Below, in pieces: positions 47,800 through 60,312 of a stretch of 64,000 bases of DNA; position 1 is the stretch's first letter; every line of letters starts with the position of its first letter. Source of the stretch: the human T2T-CHM13v2.0 reference genome, Homo sapiens; the NCBI RefSeq assembly GCF_009914755.1, contig NC_060928.1. One strand, given 5' to 3'. Under the pieces are notes generated by a model that made no database searches, was not told the DNA's origin, and saw nothing but the letters and a program-made list of their open reading frames with translations. A program made the position numbers and the translations under genes.

Positions 47800-50795
47800 A
47801 AGATCATATTAGTTTGCAAAGATGTTTGCAGCTTATGACTATTCTCCATATGCTTAACCTTTAGACTTCTTTGTTCTCCGATCTTATTCTTTCCAAGTCC
47901 TTTACCTCTCAGCCAAGCCACTCACCAATGTTCATGAGTCTATGTACATTCTAAACAATGGACACTTCTCTTTCCACACAAAGAGGATGGCCAGGTTAAC
48001 CATCTGAATTGTTGTCCAATAGGGTGATTTCCTTTCACTGCTGTTTTTAGGGCCACCTTGAGAAAGGTTGGAAGGCAGCCAAGTCCATTTAAAAGCAAGT
48101 CACTGGTTTAACAGTAAGGGATGACAAGGGTGCCCTGGCCACCAGCTAATACCCTTTTACCCTGCTCATGTGGAATCCTGAAGGTGCCACTTCAATACTG
48201 TAATGGATTACTTCTGGATACACCTGACATTATGAAACAGTGGGCCCGGAAAAAGCCAGGTGTGAAGTTCAGTTTTATGTGTCAGCTTGGCTAAGCAATA
48301 GTCCCTAGTTAGTTATTCATTCAGAGTATTTTGTAGATGTAATGTAGATTTACAATCAGTGCACTTTAAGGGAATTATTATAGATAATCTGGGTCAGTTT
48401 GATTCAATGAATTCAAGGCTTTAAGAGAAAAATTGTGATTCCCCTGAAGAGGAAGAAATTCCATTTGTGGACCAAAGCCTCAGCTCCATCCTGAGTTTCT
48501 AGCTTGCCCTTCCTGATAGCCTGGCCTGTGGCTCTCTCATCTGTATACATACACAATATATGTACGTATATGTGTATCATACAGACTGGTTATGTTTCTT
48601 TGGTGAAACTCTAACTGATATATCACATCATGATTGGAAAATGATGGGAATTCTCACCTCTTGGTAAAGTGGTTTCCTGTGATCCACTACCCTATAACTT
48701 TCAGGGCTGGGGATTGAGCAATGGACTGTTTTTCAAGAGGTATATAATTCTCTGCTACAGATGACATGGCCTTTCTCCAGAACTTTGTCTATGCTGTGAT
48801 TCTTTTTTTAGGGCTTGCCTTACACTCCACACAACTTCTTTTCCCAACACAAATACCTCTAATACTTCCCTACTAGGTCATATGGCCAAAGTGACAGAGC
48901 TTCATGCTTGTCAGTCTGAGAGCATGTTCCCCCTAGGTCCTACTAGAAGTTGGAAGCATTTTAAGTTACTTTGTATATAAATCATAGTGGTATTCCCATA
49001 GATAGAATACGCTACCCCTGAAATGTAAAGAGGCCTAATAGGTATTTGTGCTTCATTTTTAGTGGTGGGAAGTGCAAAATGCAAACATTTATCTTTTACA
49101 TTGGACAAATTATCATGGCATCCCAGGATTCCAGACCTGCCCCACACCTTCCTGATATAGTCAGCTTCCAAATGTTTGTAAGGATTAGTTCCCATCTTCT
49201 GAAGTGTATTTGTCTTCTAAGGCTTCCTACGTTTTTGACACTTCTTATTCAACTGGTCCCACTAAGGGGAGGTCGTCTATCTGTGGGACTTCCACACAGT
49301 CCTGTTCCCATTGGACTATTTGTGACAGAGCAGTAGTACTATCATAAGCCTGTGACAAAAAGGTGTACTCTTATCTGTTCTAAATGGACACTTGGAAGTA
49401 CTATTCCTGATCTGCATTTTTACTAGGGATGGAATAGTATATATTTTCACAATCAATGGCTGCAGATCACATATCTGATGCCGTATTAATACGCTTTAGT
49501 ACAGATTTCTCATTCCACACAACAGCTACAATTAACATTGCTACAAGGTGCAGATGGCAATATTGGATGCTATCCTCCAGTATCCATCTGGCTTTTTTTA
49601 TGAGTCAGAAACATGAACTGAATGGAGATATAATGAACATCACCACCCCAAGGATAGCCCTAGCATCTACCATTCTTTCCAGGACATTTTTTTTTTTATG
49701 TTTCTATTTTGGCTGGTGGAAAGGTGCTTTTGGAAGCTGCCAGTTGACTTTCTCACTATGATGGTTCTTACGCCACACAACAAGGAGGAAATGTGGGGCC
49801 TGACATCTATCAACTGTGAGTACATCCATTCAAATTTATGTTCGGGAACTAGGAAAATTATGACTAGGTGAAGTGGACCCACTGTAAGCCACGTTTGGCC
49901 AGGATTCCATTTATTACCTGGCCTTCATAATGCCCTGACTCTAACAAAGAAGCCTTATGATGCTTTGGGTTGTTAGTTATAAATGCAAGTGTAGGCCTTG
50001 TGTATGACTGTCTTTAATATCTCTGGGCATTCTGCTTTCCCCACTGTATAGTTCCTGAAGTCAATAACTGTGGTTTCCTTTGAGGAAGGAATCGGGGGAT
50101 AACATCCACATGCACATGTCATGGTGTCACAAAGTCCTTCCTTCTGAAAACTCAACAGCTTTAGTACATGGGTTCTGGGTTAGAAAACTGGCTGAAATTT
50201 AGAAACTAGGCAAAGGGTTGCAACTTTTTTTACTGGGGTGACCATTCTTAGATTCCTGATCATCAATCCTAATTTCTTTTGTTTTCATAGTTTGAGAGCC
50301 ACCTCTCTATCTTGCTCATAGGCACAGCATGCACTATTACCTAATTGCATAGCTCCTCATACTTTATAGAGAAACCCTATTGGGACAGCAAACCTGCTGG
50401 TGATAAGAGTTCAACCTTCTTTGAGATTCTGCTACTTTTATAATTAAATCTGATTCTTCTGTCTTCAGCCTTCAGAAGATGGGAGTCTCTTTATATGCTG
50501 CCAAGTAGAACCTCTTAGGATTTAATTGTTGATTAATCATCTTAGTTTTTCACTCCAAGTCATCTGTTTCCCTTAAAATCGTGATCCAAGTCCATTTGTC
50601 TTATAAAGACTATTTTGATGTGCTTCTTAAAAGCCTGATACATTACTTCTGTCAGTGCATTCCCTTCCAGTGCATACCAATTCCTTGCAGTAAACATTTC
50701 AACAAATTTCATCACCACATTGTGCCAAGAAATATCAGTGCTCTGCCAGCCAACAGGTGATCCAGTCTGCTTTCTTGGACCACCTCTGGCTTCAA
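47800..50795 (-). mobile_element. Partial ERVL-class internal region (gag-pro-RT-RNaseH remnants), LTR16-associated (ERV3-16A3_I / ERVL-E-like)
   Basis: Minus-strand peptides NVKDKCLHFALPTTKNEAQ (ERVL RT) and PHISSLLCGVRTIIVRK (end of protease). The reverse complement of 47880-48060 gives RNaseH-like FVWKEK..MYIDS..GLAE..TWKE. Confidence 0.85.
48261..48622 (+). mobile_element. ERVL solo LTR, MLT2D-like, nested in the ERVL pol remnant
   Basis: tgtgaagttcagttttatgtgtcagcttggcta..gaagaggaagaaattc..ctggttatgtttctttggtgaaactctaactgatata. Confidence 0.82.
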
Positions 50796-50796
50796 C

Positions 50797-51206
50797 TATT
50801 GCAGGTTGTGCTTTTCTTCATCTGAGACAGAGATGTGTGCACAAAAAATTTACCTGGTAGTGCTCATTGGTTGAACACTTGTGAGAAAATGAAGAGTGCA
50901 GAAATGAGTAGAGGGAGACCTCAGGTGATGTTAGCACAGCCAAGGTGAGCTCTGGGACTGGGAGGGCCCGGCAAAGCTGTCTCTTTATTGGAGGTGGGAT
51001 GCTTCCGGGAAAGAAATGTTACCTTTACCAAGGTGTCTCTCTTTATCCTAGGGCAATAGTTGGGAAAAAAGAATTACCTGAGAGTTGTTAGCCATTAACA
51101 TTTCTAACAGCCCGGAAGAAGGATGCTTAGTCCTACAGTGCACATGTGTGTACGTGCACACACGTTTGTGGATGAGAGGTGAGCTGGGTATTGCGCATCC
51201 CCTACA
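50797..51206 (-). mobile_element. LTR16C-like 5' LTR of the ERVL provirus
   Basis: ctgagacagagatgtgtgcac..gagctctgggactggga..ctgagagttgttagccattaaca..gcatcccctaca; abuts the internal region. Confidence 0.75.
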
Positions 51207-51386
51207 CCTACTTTTCATTCAGTGAGAAAGTATGTGATGATAAAGTCCCTTGTTACTTTTCACTCTGCCTTATTTTCTGTTTTCTTTCTTTCTTTTTTTA
51301 GCTCTAAAAAATTAACGCTTTTAGTCACTGTAAGGCAAGTTTATAAATTGTGGAAAGAAATCTAGAAAGATAAAGAAGGGTGGTTC

Positions 51387-51690
51387 GGCCAGGCACGGTG
51401 GCTCATCTCAGCACTTTAGGGGTGCCGAGGGGGGTGGATCATTTGAAGTCCGGAGTTCGAGACCAGCCTGACCAACATGGTGAAACCGCATCTCTACTAA
51501 AAATACAAAATTAGCCAGGCATGGTGGCACATGCCTGTAATCCCAGCTACTCAGGAGGCTGAGGCAGGAGAATCACTTAACCCGGGAGACGGAGGATGCC
51601 ATGAGCCAAGATCGCGCCACTGCATTCCAGCCTGGGTGACAAGCGTGAAACTCCATCTCAAAAAAAAAAAAAAAAAAAAAGAAGAAGAAG
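51387..51690 (+). mobile_element. Alu, AluS-like, small deletion near the 5' end
   Basis: Dimer; A20(GAA)n tail; TSD aagaagggt(g/a)gttc (51373-51386 and 51691-51704). Confidence 0.95.
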
Positions 51691-54600
51691 AAGAAGGGTA
51701 GTTCAATTTCCCTAAAATTTTGTACTGCTTTTTGAGGTAGTGGGGTCCATTTTCACTTGAATGTATGCCAGGGTATGGATTCGAAAAAGACAATTAGGAA
51801 GGCAAGTTACTCCCCAGATTTTTATTTGATGTTTTATTAAAATATAACTCCATAAAATATTTGGTTTGAAACTTTATGAATATCTAAAAGATAAAAGCTC
51901 ATATTTAAATTTAAATACAGATGCTCATTCCCAATCCATCTAGAAACATTTTTTAGCTCTTACTGTATCACAGTTCCATTCCATTAGTGTGGACTATTAA
52001 GCTCTGAATGAATGTAGAATGAGATACTGGGAATGGGGTGGGGATTGAAAGTCATCAATACTATATTCTATTACCCGAATTGTGTAAACAATATGACATT
52101 TTGGAAAGGCTTATTTTAAAGGCATTTTCTGAAATAACAGGAAAGCATTATACCCATCTCTTCCAAAAAAGAAAAGTTGTGGAATAATTTTCTGATGTCT
52201 GGAGTTTGTGGATTTAGAATATGGAATTATTTTTAGAAATAGTGTGGATAACAGAGGTGAAAGTGGCCCTAGGCCCTCTTTGGACGAGCTTTTGTTAAAA
52301 GAAGTAGGAGGAAAGGTTCCTGCATTTATTCCTTTAATGCAATTGAGTTGCAAACTACTCAAATTTAGTATAAAGATTCACTTGCATTTGCTGACCATGG
52401 GAAGTGATACTGACTGCCTCCCAACTTCCATATCTAGACTTGAGTGGGTGAATACTTTCATCTCGAGTGCTGTCAAGTGTATTTGCACCCGTGACCATCT
52501 TTTAGGATCTGCCATCAAGTCAGGAAGTTGCCTTCAATGCCAATGGTCGTATTTCATCTTGTTGCTTCCCCACAGTAAATTCCAATCCTTCCTTTGCTCG
52601 GCTGTGACCACCTGTTCTCTCACACCTGTTTCAATTTACAAACCATACTCTGGAGTCACAGCTGAGAACCACTGTAGACATGATGGGACTGCTCATAAAT
52701 ATTTCATAAATTCAAAGTTTCCTGTAGTTAAAAAGAATTTGAAGGCACTGATTTTGCTGAAAGCCTCACAGAGACTGGTATGCATTCTTTATCATCATCA
52801 TTATTTGGACAAAGAAAGATGAAGTTTACTTCCTTATAATATATATAATATAACCTGTATCAGTTCTAGGATAATATTATCTGGTATTTATACTTTAAAA
52901 CAAACACTACTGAAGTCTATGGTAAAATAATTCACCGGCAGACATTGGACTTAAATATACATATGCCCAGGGGACCAAAGTAAACATATGGGTTTTACTT
53001 TGCAATCACTACATAGAATGAGCCACGCCTCATAAAAAATCAAATAATCACCAAAATAAATATATGTTTGTATAAACATACATATCAATATCTTAATTTT
53101 TTTAGAGTTTAAGTTAAGCAAAAAATTACAAATCATGCTTTTCAAGTAGCAGAAACCTAAAATCAAATTTATTTAAATAAGGAAAATCACCTGGTTTATT
53201 AGCTGAATGAACAAGAGGTAGACAGACATTTTGTGCTTAGATTGATTTGAGAGTAAAATAATTGTGAGCGGGTTTCTGTTTCTCTATCTCTACTCCTCAG
53301 TTTTATTTCTGTAGGGTATGCCTACCTTTACATTTAGAGGTTGAATGCTCTTTTTTCTGGGCTTCCATTTTTTCCTGTGTAAGTCAAATGCAAAACAGTT
53401 AATTATAGTAACACCATAAAACATCCAAACAACAATAAAAACCAATGCAAAAACAACAAAGAAAAAGACTCCTTTTTCCTCCAGAAGTCTCAATATCCTC
53501 TTATCGCATTGATTATAATCTGCTGAAATGACCATTAATAAAAGAAATCTTTTGAATTGAGGAATGGGATATGCTAAAGCAATCAGGACCTACCCCTAGG
53601 AATTAATTCCTCTGAGACAACATTCTGGATAATTGAGACCGGTGAATTCTTCAATGGAGAATCAGTATACTTTTGTAGGGAGTAGGGAAATGGATATGAA
53701 CAAAGTCAGTTTGTATCTCCATCTCTCTATGTGTATATCTATACACATGCACACACACACACACTTGGAATGATACTGTATTATTCTATCGAATTCCTCA
53801 TACTTGATATTTTATCATGTTGTTAGACACCATGTTTTACCAAAAATCAAGTTTTGTTTTTCCCAACTTTTTCCTGCAGTCTTTACTATTAGATTTCGTC
53901 TAGAGCATGCCCATTTGTCTTAAGTACTCTTTATCTTGATTTCTTTGCAGTGACACCTTTCTCCCAACCTTTCCATGCTTGTTATTGAAAACTGGGAAGC
54001 ATAAGAAACAAAGAACACACAATCATTCATAAGTACAGTCACTCTATTTTGATGCATCCTTCTAGTCTCTGCTGCATCTCTATATTTGCAAGCTGTCCCG
54101 TTGTGTGTGTCCATATTCACAATGGAGAAAACATTTTGACTTTATTTACATCATGGATATTTGCCAATTCAAATTCCCAAAGCCACAAGTAGTTTGATTA
54201 CCAAGAATATACTACACCACAACAATCAGGAAAGAAAGGTATTCCAGCCTTTTCTGAGGACAAAAATTTCTTTAAAAACAAAATGACAACAGACCTGTGG
54301 CTATAGATGGTGTCAGAGATACATTTAAAATACTGTATATCCTTAAGGTTTAATTTAACATGAGACCCAGAACAATACAGTACTATAAGCATAATGCTCT
54401 AAGAGATTCTAAGATGTATGTGATTAAAATATTAGCAAGAAGTTATGTTGTCATTTAGTTATTTTAAAGCCTATTCACATAGTATGGCCAAGAGAAATGC
54501 ACACATTCACCAGTGATTACAGTCAAAGTGTGACCATGGGCACTTCTGCATACACCTCTTCCTTTGTACTTGCATCTGCTGCCAACATGATAAACAAGTT

Positions 54601-55227
54601 CTGATTTAACTGCTCAGAGATGATTTAACAGTTCCATGTGTAAGACGTTTCTTTTCTATTAAATATAGCAAAAAAGATGTTTTCAAGTTGGTTAATTCAG
54701 TAGTTCTACTTTTTATCATACGCTGTCATCTCAAAACATTTAAAGAGCTTAGGTGTTGCAAAATAAAGATAGTACTTTGTCCACAATAAACACAGGCACT
54801 TTATAAAAATGCACATATAGAACTGTGGTTATAAAGTGAAACTGTCTTCTAGATATCAAGATACTAGAAAAGAGTCCTTTCTTTCACTCTTTCTTTTCTC
54901 TTTGTCCCCACTGGTGGTAAGGATGGTAAATGACCCCTGCTATTGCTTGCCCTGCCTGGGGATACTGTGTTATTTCTTGATGGCATTTCTAAAGCCTTCC
55001 TAAAACATTAAAAATTGTTCTTTTATTACACTTGTCTCATATTACTCCAGTGGAGTGCCATGTAGTTACTAATGGAACCGTGACTGATACAAGCTAAAGA
55101 TTTCAGGTGATGCTAAATATCATGAACAAAAGTCATGCTATTGTTTTAATAGATTGCTATCTTCTTGAGAGTAAGACCAAGCTCTGTTTTGTTCATCAAT
55201 GTGTCTACATTACTTAGCACTTACAAC

Positions 55228-55468
55228 ATACAAGTACACAATAATATTCAATAGTACAGTAGGAAAATTACAGTAATAATTTATTGTATATTTCAAAATA
55301 GCTACAAGAATTGTAATGTTCTCCCAAATAAAGAAAAGATGAATGTTTGAGGTGATGGTTATCTCAATTACCCTGATTTGACCACTACACACTGTATACA
55401 TGTATCAATATATAATATGTACCCCCAAAATATGCACAACTATATCAATAAAAATACAAAAATTAAAG
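55228..55468 (+). mobile_element. L1MA-type 3' terminal fragment, nested in an L2 3' end
   Basis: ttattgtatatttcaaaatagcta..tgtttgaggtgatggttatctcaattaccctgatttga..gtacccccaaaatatgcacaacta. Confidence 0.85.
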
Positions 55469-55487
55469 GAACACATTTTAAAAATGA

Positions 55488-55868
55488 TTTTTTGAAATTT
55501 CGATAGCATTTGGGGTATAAGTGGTTTTGTTTACATGGATGAATTACGCAGTGGTGAAGTCTGATATTTTAGCACATCCATCACTCTACTAGTGTATATT
55601 GTACCCAATACGTAATTTTCTATCCCTCATTCCCCTCCCATCCTCTCACCTTCTGAGTCTGCAATGCCCATAATACCACTCTGTATACTTTTGCATACCC
55701 ATAGCTTAGCTCTTACTTACAAATGATAACATACAGTATTTGATTTCCCATTCCTGAATTACTTCACTTAGAATAATGTCCTCCAGCTCTACTCAAGTTG
55801 CTGCAAAATGCATTCATTTATTCCTTTTTAAGAATGAGTAGTATTCCATGGTGTATATATACCGCATT
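55488..55868 (-). mobile_element. L1PB-type 3' end
   Basis: ttacatggatgaatta..ttgtacccaata..cccatagcttagctc..gagtagtattccatggtgtatatatacc. Confidence 0.88.
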
Positions 55869-56038
55869 TAAAGAATAAATATTTGAATGAAGAAATGAGG
55901 GTTGAAAGCACCCTCAAGTCTTTCAATCCTTTGCTGTTATTTTCAGTAATAATAATAAATGTCCCTCAAGTTATATTCTGGAATTATTTTGATATGAATG
56001 GAACATTTATAATCTGTATGACTTGATGTGCATATAGT

Positions 56039-56518
56039 TATACTGGGTTGAATAATATCCCCCTTGCTTCATTGCAAATTAATGTCCACTTAGAACCTCA
56101 GAACGTGACTTAATTTGGAAATAGGGCCTTTGCAGATGTAATTATGAAGCCATACTGGACTAGGGTGGGTCTTTATCTAATGACTGGTATACGTATAAGA
56201 AGAGAGAAATTTGGATGCAATGACACATGCAGAGAATAGATGATGTCAAGACATACAAGGAGACCACCATGTGAAGATGGAGGCAGAGATAGGGGAGATA
56301 TATCTACAAGGCAAGAAACACCTAGGATTACTGGGAACCACTAGAAGCTAGGAGAGAAACACAGAACAGAGTCTTCCTCTCAGCCCTCACAAAAGAGCCA
56401 GCCCTGCCAATGCTTTGATTTCGGATTATTGCTTTCCTAACTCTAAAATGGAAAATGTCTACTGTCTTAAGCCACAAGTTTGTGGTAATTGTTATGGTAG
56501 TCCTAGGAATCTGACACA
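56039..56518 (+). mobile_element. MaLR solo LTR, MLT1C-like
   Basis: tttggaaatagggcctttgcagatgtaatt; ccatgtgaagatggaggcagagat; ttaagccacaagtttgtggtaattgttatggtagtcctagga..aca. Confidence 0.88.
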
Positions 56519-56521
56519 ATA

Positions 56522-58845
56522 GTTCATTTATTCTACAAATATTTATGAATCCCTAACATGTGCCAGGCACTAGTCTAGGCAGTGGTGATGTATAATGGTG
56601 TACAAGATCAAGAAAGCACCCGCCTTTATGGCCACATATTGTAATGGAATAGCAGCAAACAAATGTAAAAATAAACAAGGATGCCATTTCAGAAAGTGAG
56701 AAGAGCTGTAAAAGAAAGTAAAAAGGGTGTGATAAAGAGTCACCAAAGGGCACTGTTTTATATGAAGTAATCTGGGAAGACCTTTTTACAGGCAGTGCTA
56801 TTTAATGAGAAACTTAATTAACATGAAGAATCAAAATATGTGATGACTTGGAATAAAAGTGTTAAAGAACAAAAGAACACAACTATTAAATCTAGATGCA
56901 AAAAACCTTGTTTTTGAAAACAGCAAGAAGACATTATAATAAGCAATATTATAATGGATAAAGCAGAGGAAATGATTTAGGAAAAACAGAATTGTAACGT
57001 CACAGAGGGTCTTTTACACCTTGGTACAAATTTTTTATTTTCTTCTAAGTATAATTGGAAGCCATCAAAATTATTTGTATACATGGGAAGGGGTTGATAG
57101 ACATAGATTGTTTAATTTATATTTTAAAAGTACGATTCTGGCTTCTGTGTAAATAAGAGACGTGTGGAAGTAGGAAGACAAGTTAGAGAGCTATTGAATT
57201 TACTTAGGCAGGGTACCATATAGCTCAGTCTACAATGTGAGCAGTGGAGGTCATGAAAATAATTCAAAGTCAGGGCAAATTTTGAAGGAAGAGAAAATAG
57301 CATTTGCTGCTAGATGTGAAGATGGCAAGAAGGATGAAAGAAAGGCAAAGAAGAAATATGAATTCTAATTATTTGGCCGAAGCAGTTAGTAAATGATTCT
57401 TCAAGTTAGTATAATGTAAAGCAAGAAATATTAAGAGTTTAGTTGACAAGTTGAGGTTGAAATGCTGTCATGCTAGATGCCTGTTAACTTCAATAGGGAT
57501 GGCACCACGTGCAAGAGGCTGAAGAGGAGACCCAGAGCCAGCAAATGAGACATGGGGTTTTATTAGGGGTAACTAAATAAAGAAATGGTCTAGTGGTAGC
57601 GGGCTGGTTAGAAGAGCGGCACAGCCCAGTGTCTGCAGGCTAGACAGGGGAACTATCTCCTGCTTGTAAAAAGCATACAGTTTACAAGGCATTTTCACTT
57701 AGCACCCTCTCCCTAACCTCCACCTGGCAACCTTCATATGACCCAAAACAAACGGGCTCGATCCCCTGTTATGTTCCATGGAGGAGGTTGGGGCTCAGAT
57801 GTTCCTCATAGATAAGGAATGGATCTCCAGGATGGCCACTCTTGGATTCCTCAGCTCAGAACTCCAAACACGTACTTCGGTGCATCTGCCATACAGGCTC
57901 ATTCTCTTAAATTATAGCAGTAATTTAAGTTATTGCTATTAGGCATGTCTATTCCATAAATGCCTATAGCATATTCAATGTAAAATGTCAAGTGGATAGG
58001 TATATATTGAAGTCTGGATCTAGGAATTAGTTTTCCTATAAAGGCAAGCAGAAGAATGGAATAGCAGTTGCAGGGGTAAGTGGTGATTCAGAAATTTAAT
58101 CACATTTTTGATGTGGGAGATACAACGACATGTTTCTCTGATTATGCAAATAGTCCAGAAAATGGGAACAGATTCATGATGTAGGAAGAACGGGAAAATT
58201 GCAGAGGTATTGCCACTGAGGCAAGTGGGGAGGATCCAATGTGCCAATGCGGGGGTTGAACTTAGCTAGAAGCAGAGTCATTGGGCCCACTTCAGCAGAA
58301 GAAAAAGACAGAGTAGATGAATATAAGTCCAAGATGTTTGGCCCATTGCTGTTGCTAAATTAAATATTTTTCTTCTAATTGCTTCTGTTTTTCTTAGAGA
58401 CTAGGAAGGTTAAAATAGGAGCAGAGGAGGCTGAGTCTTGAGAAGAAAAAAATTGTTAAAAAATCAAGTCAGAGAGTAGAAATTAAAATTAACAAAATTA
58501 ATACACAGTAATTCATAGCCTGCCAGTTTTGAGGACCCATTTTTGACCTGTAGTTGTAAATTTAAAGTGAGACCAGTCAACTGTGTTTTTCTGTGGTGAT
58601 ATTCAGCTGATTTAGTACAGGTGAGAAGTTAGAAGTTAGAGTTTGGTTTATCTGAATTCAGATTTTGTGAAGCCAATAAAATAAAAAGTCAAGAAAATTA
58701 GGTATATATGCAAAGTGCAAAATGCGATGGGCCTTGGAATTAAACTTGTAAAGAAGGGAATAAAGACATCAAGGAGATGAAGGACACTCACTAATGGTAT
58801 TAAAATGGTATGGTTAACTACTAGAGGTCCTAATGCATAAAAAGT
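56522..58845 (-). mobile_element. L2 (L2a-like), long remnant split by an LTR
   Basis: ttcatttattctacaaatatttatgaatccctaacatgtgccaggcact is the antisense L2 3' end; L2-like purine-rich body continues to about 58840. Confidence 0.75.
57482..57959 (-). mobile_element. ERVL solo LTR, LTR32/LTR47-type
   Basis: gcattttcacttagcaccctc; ctccacctggcaaccttca; ggctcagatgttcctcatagataaggaat; 5-bp TSD atgcc (57477-57481 and 57960-57964). Confidence 0.78.
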
Positions 58846-58847
58846 TT

Positions 58848-58942
58848 GTTAGACTCTGTCTTATGGAGAATTACTCCATAAGACATAGTTAGAGTCTGTC
58901 TTATGGAGAATTACTCCATAAGACATAGTTAGAGTCTGTGTT
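58848..58942. repeat. 40-bp tandem repeat (about 2.3 copies), each unit holding a 12-bp-stem hairpin
   Basis: Unit gttaga(c/g)tctgtcttatggagaattactccataagacata; hairpin tgtcttatggag-aatta-ctccataagaca. Confidence 0.96.
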
Positions 58943-59321
58943 ATTTTAGACTCTGTTTCATGCTTCTGTAATAAAAAACTTGGACTGGATAGTTTATTAA
59001 GAAAAGAAGTTTGTTTCTCCTAGTCCTGGAAGCTGGTGAGTCCAAGATCAAGGCTCTGACAGTTTTGGTGTCTGATGAGTGCCCAGTCTGCTTCCAAGAG
59101 GATGCCTTCAAGGCTGTGTGCTTGCATGGAGGAAGAGACAGAAGAACAAAAGGGCTCCTCTATTTCCCTTCAGTCCTCTTATAAGGTAGCTGATCTCATT
59201 CATAAGGATAGAGTCTTCATAATTTAACTACCTTCTAAATGTGCCATACCTTAATACGATCACATTGGTGATTAAATTTCAACCTGAATATTGGAAGGGA
59301 CACAAACATTGAATCATAGCA
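58942..59321 (-). mobile_element. MaLR solo LTR, MLT1A-like
   Basis: agtccaagatcaaggc..ggtgtctgatgag; the reverse complement of the right end reads tgctatgattcaatgtttgtgtccc, the MLT1A start. Confidence 0.88.
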
Positions 59322-60312
59322 AACTCATAGATTCTAAAATAAGTAACCTAGATTAAAATTATTCATTTAAAATCTACAAAAATAAATACAAAACAAAAGC
59401 CAATTAAGTTGCACTTAGGAACACAGATGCATTTTATTTAACCAATAAATCAGAAAAATACACTCAGATATAACTTAACAATTTTCCCCAAAATTTATAA
59501 AATAGAATTTGGCTTGAAATGAATACTATTTTTCTGAGATTTGATTCATAATGCTTTCTTATTTCCTCTTAATCTAAAATCTTTTGGGTAAAACTGTTCA
59601 ACAGCATAAAATGTTTATCTAATACTCATAAGAAATATCCACTCCACACACAAGTGGGCTGTGATTTTTCTGGAATTAGAAGTCTATATAGTTATTGATA
59701 AATCTCTTGATTTCATTTTGTCTCCCTGTTGCAATGCAGCAGGAAGATTTAATTTTTTTTATACAACACTATTTCCAGCATGAATCAAAGTAAGTAAGAA
59801 GTAACTTATGCATTCTCAGAAATAAGCCTACATCTCATTTTGCTTCAGGCATTTCAAAATTTTTTTTCTTCTCTATTCTCATACTTTAAGAAGAACTTTA
59901 AATCTGAAGCCCTAGGACTTAGTAAATATTGCGATGAGTGGAGAAGGAAGTTTATTTTCATTATTTGATACATATGTCATCTCAGAATGCTGAGAGAAAT
60001 TACATTATTGTGTTTTATCTGTGTACTGTGAATTTTTGTCAGAGTTAAAGATCAATTCATTATCAAGAACAGCAAATTAGTAGGCCATATATTTTACGCC
60101 TTCTCGCTGCCTAATGGTTTATTTATTTCACTGACGGCTGTTTTCTAGACAACTGGAGTATCAATATGAGTTTTTAAGATGCCCTTCTTCACAATCATAT
60201 TTTACTTTTTTCCATTCTCATTAATTTTTTTAATTTGAAACATTCAATAGTTGTTTGAGTTAATTTTCTAGTCTTGTTTTCAATAACATAGTTACTTTAA
60301 AAAATGTTTTGT

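Noticed and set aside
53598-53611. 14-bp perfect palindrome aggaattaattcct
   Set aside because: Several of this size are expected by chance.
54900-55092. Possible ERVL LTR 3' end (..gtgactgataca)
   Set aside because: Too diverged to assign with confidence by eye.
58848-58942. CRISPR-like appearance (palindromic repeat of about 30 bp)
   Set aside because: Only two hairpin copies, the intervening sequence is itself repeated rather than a unique spacer, there are no cas genes, and the context is primate.
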